Positions 7,778 through 14,072 of a DNA stretch of 14,072 nucleotides are shown here, piece by piece. Numbering within the stretch: position 1 is the stretch's first letter; each line of letters opens with the position of its first letter. This stretch comes from Myxococcota bacterium. GTDB lineage: Bacteria; Myxococcota_A; UBA796; CAJQPC01. The DNA lies in the NCBI GenBank assembly GCA_036012755.1, contig DASCPX010000001.1:1-14072 (forward strand), read 5' to 3'. The notes under the pieces are model-generated. The model saw only the letters and a list, made by a program, of their open reading frames with translations, ran no database searches and was not told the origin of the DNA. A program made the position numbers and the translations under genes.

Positions 7778-8799
7778 TCGTCTTCGGCTTCACCGCCTGC
7801 CTGTCCGGTCACGTCTCCTTCGAAGACGACCTCGACGTCCGAGTCGACCTCGCGGCGACCGAGAGCGACCGGCTCCACACCCCCTACGTTCGAGGTGCGG
7901 CCTTCGACATCACAGCTCGGCGCGACGGCGTCGTGGACCTCTCGGACTGGCAGCTGGTCAGCTCGAACGAGCTGGTCCTCGACGTCGTCGACCTCCGAGC
8001 AGGCGAGGACTCCCTGACCGCCAGCGTAGAGGCCATCGGCGAGGGCGAGGCCCGCATCGAGCTCCTCGGCGCCAGCGGCGACCTCGTCGATGCCCGCGTC
8101 CTCGAGGTGGCCTTCCCCGAGTCCGTCTCGCTGCGTCACGAGAACGCCCTGCGGCTCGGCGTCGAGAGCGACGACGAGTTCGCCCTCGCCTGGGACGGCC
8201 AGGGCCGCTACCTCGCGACCTACATCGACGACCAGGGCCGCGAGCTCTCGGGCCACGGCGTGCTCTCGGCCGGGGATCTCGCCCCACTGCTCGAGGTGGA
8301 CGTCGACGACTTCGCCTGGGGCGAGGACCGGGACTGGGTGACCCTGACCAGCGGCTGGTACGAAGGCGCGGCCGATGTGGAGCTCTACGTCGACGGCGAG
8401 CTCGCCGACGAGCTCTACGTCGAAGTGGTCGGGCCCGCCGACGTCGAGGAGATCGAGGTCATCACCTCCGACGAGGGCGCCGCGACGGAAGGCCAGGATC
8501 TGCTCGCCTGGACCCTCGGCTTCACGATGGACGGGCGCGAGGTCCACGGTGTCGACGCGACCTGGGACGCTGGTGGCCTGGCGCTCCGGGTGGGTGACAC
8601 GGTCGAGTACGTCTTCGACCCCACCGAGCCGACGGACCTCGTCGCCCACTTCGGAGAGAGCGAGGACCGGGCGCTCATCCACGGCAGCGAGTTCCCGGGG
8701 GCGCGGCCTCCCGGCGGCTGCTCGGCGACGGGCCTCGGCGCCACTGGAGCCCTGGCCTTTTTGGGTCTGCTGGTCCTGAGGCGACAGCGACGGGGTTAG
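7774..8799 (+). CDS. MYXO-CTERM-sorted surface protein (paralog 2)
   Basis: ATGA overlap with paralog 1; N-terminus 'MIVFGFTAC'; C-terminus 'GGCSATGLGATGALAFLGLLVLRRQRRG'. Colinear similarity to paralog 1 (L.TPYV..AAF, W.L.SS...VL, Y.D..G). Confidence 0.82.
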   Translation: MIVFGFTACLSGHVSFEDDLDVRVDLAATESDRLHTPYVRGAAFDITARRDGVVDLSDWQLVSSNELVLDVVDLRAGEDSLTASVEAIGEGEARIELLGASGDLVDARVLEVAFPESVSLRHENALRLGVESDDEFALAWDGQGRYLATYIDDQGRELSGHGVLSAGDLAPLLEVDVDDFAWGEDRDWVTLTSGWYEGAADVELYVDGELADELYVEVVGPADVEEIEVITSDEGAATEGQDLLAWTLGFTMDGREVHGVDATWDAGGLALRVGDTVEYVFDPTEPTDLVAHFGESEDRALIHGSEFPGARPPGGCSATGLGATGALAFLGLLVLRRQRRG

Positions 8800-8808
8800 G
8801 CTCGGGCC

Positions 8809-9870
8809 GTGGCCGTCCCGACCGAACTGATCCGAGACCTGCCGCTGTTTCGCATGGTTCCAGCCCACCACCTGGACCAGGCGGCGGAGCTGGCGATGAT
8901 CTCCGTCGAGGTCGGCGAGGGTGAGCTGCTCCTGGCGGAGGGAGAGCGGGACGACTCGTTGATGGTCGTGCTGCAAGGCGAGCTGGAGATCATCAAGGGG
9001 GATCCCTCGGTGCGCATCGCCCGGGTGGGCCGCGGCGAGATCCTCGGCGACATGGCCCTGTTCGGGGGCAGCGGTGTCCGCACGGCGACGGTGCGGACCC
9101 TGTGTCCCAGCTCCTTCGTGCTGATGGAGCAGACCGGCCTCGCGATCCTGCGCGCGCACGGCAACCAGCTCGTGACGGTGCTGGAGTCGACGGCGCTCCG
9201 GACCCTGGGTCGCCGCCTGCGAGACATGAACGACCGCATCTCGGAGATGGCGGTGGGGACCGAGCTGGCGCCAGAGGAACCCTCTGGGCTCCTCGCCCGC
9301 CTGCGCTCCCTGTTCGCGTCGGCCGACCAGGGACCCAAGGGACCTGCCCCCAACCCGGCGTCCGTGCTCGCGAACAGCTCCAGCTTCGACATCCTGCCTG
9401 CCGACAGCCGCGACGCCCTCGCCGACGAGCTGGAGGTCCTCTCGATCCCGGCTGGCACGGTCCTGCTGCAAGAGGGCGAAGTGGGCGACGACGCCTACGT
9501 GGTCGCAGCCGGGCGCGTCGACGTCTACCGAGCGACGCGCACCTTCGAGAACAAGAAGCTGGCCGAGTTCGGGCCGGGCTCTGTGTTCGGGCTGGTCTCG
9601 CTGGTCCACGGCAACGTGCGCTCCGCGACCTGCTATGCGCCCGTCGGGAGCTGGCTGCTCAAGCTGCCAGGCAGCGTCTACCGCGAGCTCGAGGGCACGA
9701 ACTCGATCGAGGCCCAGGCCATGCGAGGCGTCGTCTACCAGTCCCTGGCCCGTCAGCTCGCCGGCGCCAACGAACACGTCGCCCTGCTGATCGCGGCGCT
9801 CGCCCGGGACCCGACCATCACCGAGCGCGAGCGTGCCGCCTACCGGGCCCTGGTCGTCGACTCGATCTGA
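8809..9870 (+). CDS. Protein with two tandem cyclic-nucleotide-binding (CAP_ED) domains and no visible effector domain
   Basis: Domain 1 'LLAEGERDDSLMVVLQGELEI...GEILGDMALFGGSGVRTATV'. Domain 2 'LLQEGEVGDDAYVVAAGRVDV...GSVFGLVSLVHGNVRSATC'. No C-terminal HTH. GTG start. Confidence 0.88.
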   Translation: MAVPTELIRDLPLFRMVPAHHLDQAAELAMISVEVGEGELLLAEGERDDSLMVVLQGELEIIKGDPSVRIARVGRGEILGDMALFGGSGVRTATVRTLCPSSFVLMEQTGLAILRAHGNQLVTVLESTALRTLGRRLRDMNDRISEMAVGTELAPEEPSGLLARLRSLFASADQGPKGPAPNPASVLANSSSFDILPADSRDALADELEVLSIPAGTVLLQEGEVGDDAYVVAAGRVDVYRATRTFENKKLAEFGPGSVFGLVSLVHGNVRSATCYAPVGSWLLKLPGSVYRELEGTNSIEAQAMRGVVYQSLARQLAGANEHVALLIAALARDPTITERERAAYRALVVDSI

Positions 9871-9924
9871 GCGCACCGGCGACCGCGGCGCGATAGCTTC
9901 GTCGCCCCCTTTGCAAGGGATCAC

Positions 9925-11241
9925 ATGCTCCTGCTCTACGCCATGAACGCACACGCCGTGAACCTGTCCATCCCCCACGAGCAGTACCAGCTCGACAACG
10001 GCCTCAACGTCGTCCTCGTCGAGGATCACAGCCTCCCGCAGGTGGTGATCAACCTCTGGTACGGCGTCGGGAGCAAGGACGAGGCGTCCGGTCGCACGGG
10101 CTTCGCCCACCTCTTCGAGCACCTCATGTTCATGGGCACCACCCGCCTGCCGGACAGCGGCTTCGACGACCTCATGGAGGGGCAGGGCGGCTGGAACAAC
10201 GCCTGGACCAGCGAAGACGCCACCGACTACTACGAGGTCGGCCCCTCCAGCCTCGTCGAGCTCTTCCTCTGGATGGAGGCGGACCGCATGGATGGCCTCG
10301 CCGGCGCGATGACGCAGGACAAGCTCGACCTCCAGCGCGAGGTCGTGCGCAACGAGCGGCGCCAGTCCTACGAGAACGCACCCTACGGCCAGGTCGGGCT
10401 GGACATGCCGGCGGCGCTCTACCCAGAGGGGCACCCCTACGCCCACACGGTCATCGGCAGCCACGAAGACCTCGAGGCCGCCACCCTGGCCGACGTCGTC
10501 GGCTTCTTCGACACCTGGTACGTGCCAAACAACGCCTCCCTGGTCGTCGCGGGGGACATCGACGTCGACAAGACGAAGGCCGACATCGAGCGCCTCTTCG
10601 GCGGCCTCGAGATGGGCCCCCTGCCAGCGCTCGAGATGGTCGCCACTCCCCTGAAGCCCGTGCAGCCCCTGGTGGAGATCACCGACGAGAGCATCGAGAC
10701 GCCCCTGACGATGACCGTCTGGCACAGCGCGGCCGCCCTCCAGCCAGGAGACGCCGAGCTGGACGTCGTGAGCGCCATCCTCTCCAGTGGGCGCAGCTCG
10801 CGCCTGTATCGACGACTGGTCGACACGGGCGTGGCGCTGGAGGTCCACGCCTGGCAATACAGCCAGCTCCTGTCTTCGATCTTCGGCATCGAGGCCAAGC
10901 CGGCGGAGGGCCACACCGTCGAGGAGATCGAGGCCATCGTCTACGAAGAGCTCGCCCGGCTCGCAGAAAAGGGGCCGACCGATGCGGAGCTCGAGCGTGT
11001 CGTCAACGCCTACGAGATGCGCTTCATCCGGAACCTGGAGTCGCTCCAGGCTCGGGCCAGCGCGCTGAACCGCTACCACTACCTCGTGGGCGAGCCCGAC
11101 TACCTCGAGAAAGACCTCGCCCGCTACAGGGCCGTGGACGCCGAAGCGGTCCAGGGAGCCGCCCGTCAGCTCACGGCTGAGCGGGCAGCGACCTTCCATG
11201 TCTTCCCTCCGGCTCCCGAGCCCACGGAGGAGACCGACTGA
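9925..11241 (+). CDS. M16B family zinc metallopeptidase, catalytic subunit
   Basis: 'LDNGLNVVL', 'WYGVGSKDE..GRTGFAHLFEHLMFMGT' (inverted zinc motif HxxEH), 'NAWTS.DATDY', 'VVRNERRQ', 'HPYAHTVIGS' and 'WYVPNNASLVVAGD'. Confidence 0.96.
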   Translation: MLLLYAMNAHAVNLSIPHEQYQLDNGLNVVLVEDHSLPQVVINLWYGVGSKDEASGRTGFAHLFEHLMFMGTTRLPDSGFDDLMEGQGGWNNAWTSEDATDYYEVGPSSLVELFLWMEADRMDGLAGAMTQDKLDLQREVVRNERRQSYENAPYGQVGLDMPAALYPEGHPYAHTVIGSHEDLEAATLADVVGFFDTWYVPNNASLVVAGDIDVDKTKADIERLFGGLEMGPLPALEMVATPLKPVQPLVEITDESIETPLTMTVWHSAAALQPGDAELDVVSAILSSGRSSRLYRRLVDTGVALEVHAWQYSQLLSSIFGIEAKPAEGHTVEEIEAIVYEELARLAEKGPTDAELERVVNAYEMRFIRNLESLQARASALNRYHYLVGEPDYLEKDLARYRAVDAEAVQGAARQLTAERAATFHVFPPAPEPTEETD

Positions 11242-12641
11242 TGCTGCTGTACGCCACCCTCCTCGCCTGCCCCAAGAAGAACCCCGAGAGTGCGGCCATG
11301 CCGGAGAGCTCCCTGGCCGAGCGGCCCGAGATCCCCGCTCCCCTCAGCTTCACCCCACCGACCGCCGAGCTCCTGAAGCTCGAGTCCGGAGCGGAGCTGT
11401 GGGTCATCCACCAACCCGGACTCCCGCTCGTCGCCATCGATCTCGTCGTCCACGGCGGCAAGGCCGCGGATGGCATCGCCGGCGAAGCGCGCCTCTGCGA
11501 CAAGATGATGCTCCGCGGGGCCGGTGAACGGGACGCGACCGCCTTCGCAGAGGTCCTCGACCAGCAGGCCATCGACCTGTCCACCGCCACCTACGACACC
11601 GCCTCCATGATCTCGCTGGCGACCCACACCGGGCGCCTCTCCACGGGCCTGGAGCTGATGGCAGACGCCGTCGTGCATCCCACCCTGGAACCCGAGGAGT
11701 TCGACAAGCTGCTCGCCCAGACCAAGGCATCGCTGGACGAGAACCTCGCGCGGCCTCCGGTCGTCGCCTCCTGGGTCGCGAGCCGCCTCTACTGGGGCGA
11801 GGGTCACCCCCTCTCGAACCCGGCCATCGGCACGAAGGCATCCTTGGAAGAGGTGGGCGTCGAGGCCTGCACCGCCTCTCTCGAGACACGCTTCCGGCCG
11901 GATCGGGCGACCTTCGTCGTCGCCGGCGATCTGTCCGCAGAGGACGCGAAGGTGGCCCTGGATGCAGCCTTCGCGGACTGGACCGGCCCTGCCGAGGAGC
12001 CTCTGGATCTGCCCTCGGCCGAGCCGAGCCCGGGCTTCTACCTGGTCGACGACCCGGGCTCCACCCAGTCGAGCCTGCGGGTGGTCATGCCCGGGTGGCA
12101 CGCCGTGCACCCCGAGCGCACCAGCGCCCAGCTGGGTGTCATCGTGCTCGGCGGCACCTTCACCTCTCGCCTGAACCGGCTGCTGCGCGAGGAGAAGGGC
12201 TACACCTACGGCGCCAGGGCGAACCTCTCCTACGGCGCCGGCTACGGCCAGGTCGTGGCCTCCACCAGCGTGCGCTCAGACGTCACTGGAGCGGGTCTGC
12301 GAGACCTGCTCGACCAGCTGCAGCTCGTCACAGAGGGCATCGACACCGCGGAGCTGGACAAGGCCAAGGGCGCCCGGCGCACGACGCTCACCTCGAGGGT
12401 GGAGACCCGCTCGAGCACGGCGGGCACCTGGGCCTGGTACATGGCCGACGGCCAGCCTTCCAGCCAGATGGCAGAAGACCTCGCCGCGATCGACGCCGCC
12501 ACACTGGAGACCGTGAACGCAGCCTTGGCCCAGCTCGATCTGTCCCAAGCGGTGGTCGTGGTGGTAGGCGACATCAGCCAGATCGAAGCCCAGCTCGCGG
12601 AGCACGTGCCAGAGGCCACCTGGACGACGGTCGAGAAGTAG
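11241..12641 (+). CDS. M16B family peptidase, non-catalytic partner subunit (probable lipoprotein)
   Basis: TGATG overlap with the upstream gene. HxxEH is replaced by 'RLCDK'. The substrate-binding R/Y motif 'SRLNRLLREEKGYTYGA' is retained. N-terminus 'MLLYATLLAC'. Confidence 0.92.
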   Translation: MLLYATLLACPKKNPESAAMPESSLAERPEIPAPLSFTPPTAELLKLESGAELWVIHQPGLPLVAIDLVVHGGKAADGIAGEARLCDKMMLRGAGERDATAFAEVLDQQAIDLSTATYDTASMISLATHTGRLSTGLELMADAVVHPTLEPEEFDKLLAQTKASLDENLARPPVVASWVASRLYWGEGHPLSNPAIGTKASLEEVGVEACTASLETRFRPDRATFVVAGDLSAEDAKVALDAAFADWTGPAEEPLDLPSAEPSPGFYLVDDPGSTQSSLRVVMPGWHAVHPERTSAQLGVIVLGGTFTSRLNRLLREEKGYTYGARANLSYGAGYGQVVASTSVRSDVTGAGLRDLLDQLQLVTEGIDTAELDKAKGARRTTLTSRVETRSSTAGTWAWYMADGQPSSQMAEDLAAIDAATLETVNAALAQLDLSQAVVVVVGDISQIEAQLAEHVPEATWTTVEK

Positions 12642-12654
12642 GCTCACGATGCGC

Positions 12655-13482
12655 TCATAGTGGAGACCTGATCTGCATCCGCCCGGGATCCCGGAGGTGG
12701 ATGTAGCGCATGGTCGTGCGCAGGTCTGCGTGGCCGAGCAACACCTGTATGACGGCGAGGTCCGAGCCTTGTTCGAGCAGATGCGTGGCGAAGGCGTGTC
12801 GCAGCGAGTGCGGCGTCACTTTGCCCTCTACGCCCCCGGCCGCGGCTGCCCTGCCCACGACCTTCTGGATGGACCGAGCCGTGAGCGCCCCGCCTGCATT
12901 TGACGGGATCACCGGCGACTCCGGGTGTCTTCCGTGGGTTTGCTCCCGGAGCGTGTCCGTCAGCATCGGACTGAGCAGTGCGACCCTCTCTTTGCGTCCT
13001 TTGCCTCTCCGGATCCGCAGCTGGAGCCGACTCAGGTCGACATCGCCGACCCGCAGCCCGACGAGCTCACTCACGCGCATGCCACTTGCGTAGAGCAGCA
13101 GGATCACGAGCCGGTGCTTGTCGTTGGTGGTGACCGCAGCCATCGCGAGCACCTCCTCACGGGTAGGGACTCGCGGAAGAAACACCCCCCGCTTCGGCCG
13201 CGGCACCACGAACATCTCCGCCGAGCGCCCGTAGAGCTCGTGGAAGAGCAGCTTCAGCGCGGAGACCACCTGGTTGACGTAGGCCCGGCTCCTGTCCGCC
13301 TCCAGCAGTCCGAGCAGGTAGCTCCGCACCTGCCCGTCAGTGGCGTCACGCGGCACCACCGGATCAATGTGGGCCACGAACCCGCGAAGGCAAGACAGGT
13401 ACGCCTTGATGGTGGTCCGCGCATACCCACGCAGCACCATCTCCTGCTGGTACCGCTCATACAGATCCTGCGAAAGCCCCAC
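12655..13482 (-). CDS. Tyrosine recombinase, integron-integrase-like (N-terminal SAM-like domain, C-terminal SPL), apparently without the IntI-specific insertion; 275 aa
   Basis: Intact catalytic set: R (GMRVSE), K (GKGRKER), HxxR (HSLRH), H (LLGH) and Y (TTMRYIH). N-terminus 'LRGYARTTIKAY...NQVVSALKLLF', then 'LPRVPTREEV', ending 'IRSPL'. The start is placed at GTG 13482 with GGAGG 5 nt upstream, whereas the track starts at 13557. Confidence 0.92.
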   Translation of the reverse strand: MGLSQDLYERYQQEMVLRGYARTTIKAYLSCLRGFVAHIDPVVPRDATDGQVRSYLLGLLEADRSRAYVNQVVSALKLLFHELYGRSAEMFVVPRPKRGVFLPRVPTREEVLAMAAVTTNDKHRLVILLLYASGMRVSELVGLRVGDVDLSRLQLRIRRGKGRKERVALLSPMLTDTLREQTHGRHPESPVIPSNAGGALTARSIQKVVGRAAAAGGVEGKVTPHSLRHAFATHLLEQGSDLAVIQVLLGHADLRTTMRYIHLRDPGRMQIRSPL

Positions 13483-13535
13483 CTCGCCCTCCTCTGCCTC
13501 CGTATCCGCGAGGGGGACCAGAAACTGTCCGGGGG

Positions 13536-13564
13536 ATCGCAGAAGTAGCCCTCTCAAGCATCAA
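13536..13564 (-). promoter_or_regulatory. Possible sigma-70 promoter for the recombinase
   Basis: Minus strand TTGATG-N17-TGCGAT, 53 nt upstream of the GTG. The -10 match is poor. Confidence 0.25.
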
Positions 13565-13566
13565 TG

Positions 13567-13597
13567 CGACACCGGTGTCGGTAGTCAGGCGTTAGGC
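13567..13597 (+). other. Candidate attI-like recombination site: perfect 14-bp palindrome plus GTTRRRY core
   Basis: CGACACCGGTGTCG (13567-13580) is followed 10 nt later by GTTAGGC (13591-13597). It lies about 110 bp upstream of the recombinase start, on the strand where integron attI cores lie. Confidence 0.55.
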
Positions 13598-13622
13598 GAC
13601 ATTGACGAGTGCTTTTAGCCCT

Positions 13623-14072
13623 TTAGTCGTATCGCTCCCGAAGTTGGGACCCTTCGAGTAGTGCCATGAGTTCTGCGCTGCCCTTGAGTGCGTCCGGGGA
13701 GACCATCGTTTCATTGAACTGGCGCCAGATGAGCGCTTCGACGACGGTCGCTTGGAACTTCCACCCTCGGGTGACACCGTACGCTCGGACGCGGGGATCG
13801 TCTGCGTCCTTCCAACGCTCGAACAACCGGGAGAGTGCCTTGTCTCTCTCGTGTTTCTGGAGCCAGTGTGACGTTGCTTCCGGCCCCGCCTCACGGAGGA
13901 CCAGATAGGCGGCGAGCTTGATGAGGGCGTCGCCGAGCTGAGCCTCGGACCAGAGCGCCTGGTCGTCAGACGCGATTTCGATGGCCGCCAGTGCCTCTGC
14001 AGCGGCGTTGCCGTCCGCCTCCGAGATGCGCTGACCTTCCCCACGGCCTGTCAGTACGTGCCCGTCGGGTAG
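13623..14072 (-). CDS. 5'-truncated gene: dsRBD-like segment followed by a Mini-III/RNase III-like domain
   Basis: My manual translation shows the frame of track ORF 13623..13826 open to the window end (149 codons): LPDGHVLTGRGEGQRISEADGNAAAEALAAI (dsRBD beta3-alpha2-like), EAQLGDALIKL (13914-13946; cf. LEFLGD/LAYLGDA) and KFQATVVEALIW (13725-13760; cf. ADxxEALIG/TAFEAL). Confidence 0.65.
   Translation of the reverse strand, partial: LPDGHVLTGRGEGQRISEADGNAAAEALAAIEIASDDQALWSEAQLGDALIKLAAYLVLREAGPEATSHWLQKHERDKALSRLFERWKDADDPRVRAYGVTRGWKFQATVVEALIWRQFNETMVSPDALKGSAELMALLEGSQLRERYD

Noticed and set aside
8809..9870. CRP/FNR transcription factor
   Set aside because: There is no C-terminal HTH; the second half is another cNMP-binding domain.
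7585..11199. 1204-aa minus-strand ORF (also 2885..4492, 5784..6665, 6662..7681, 11166..12110, 1738..2370)
   Set aside because: These are antisense shadows of well-supported plus-strand genes, expected in high-GC DNA, and show no recognisable motifs.
12655..13482. Naming the recombinase intI, xerC or xerD
   Set aside because: It lacks the IntI insertion, and its termini and context do not fit housekeeping XerC/D, so no symbol is given.
13540..13600. Complete canonical attC site
   Set aside because: Only one GTTRRRY/RYYYAAC box is present. No complementary partner box or L boxes are evident beyond the central palindrome.
13602..13630. Plus-strand cassette promoter starting TTGACG
   Set aside because: No acceptable -10 lies at 16-18 nt spacing, and there is no credible plus-strand gene downstream.
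13592..14044. 150-aa minus-strand ORF as the cargo gene
   Set aside because: It is Ser/Arg-rich and motif-free. The overlapping frame ending at 13623 has protein-like composition and RNase III-like motifs.

Overview
High-GC bacterial DNA, most likely Myxococcota (inferred from MYXO-CTERM sorting tails and MopE-like Asp/Cys repeats). From left to right: (1) a 51-bp tandem repeat cut by the window start. (2) A tightly coupled minus-strand operon: TPR protein, then a 49-aa peptide with an N-terminal hydrophobic segment (not called as its own ORF in the track), then a divergent ECF-type sigma factor. (3) A divergent plus-strand run: a BacNav-type voltage-gated channel (filter TLEDWTD), a DUF4846-like protein, an LpqC/PHB-depolymerase-like esterase, a MopE-repeat/beta-helix lipoprotein, two paralogous MYXO-CTERM proteins, a tandem cNMP-binding protein and an active/inactive M16B peptidase pair. 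(4) A convergent, integron-integrase-like tyrosine recombinase that appears to lack the IntI insertion. Upstream of it are a 14-bp palindrome, a GTTAGGC core site and a window-truncated gene with a dsRBD-like segment in front of a Mini-III/RNase III-like domain. The two best candidates for undescribed systems are the TPR-peptide-ECF cassette and the atypical integron-like locus with its RNase III-like cargo. All family calls come from motif recognition by eye; no searches were run.
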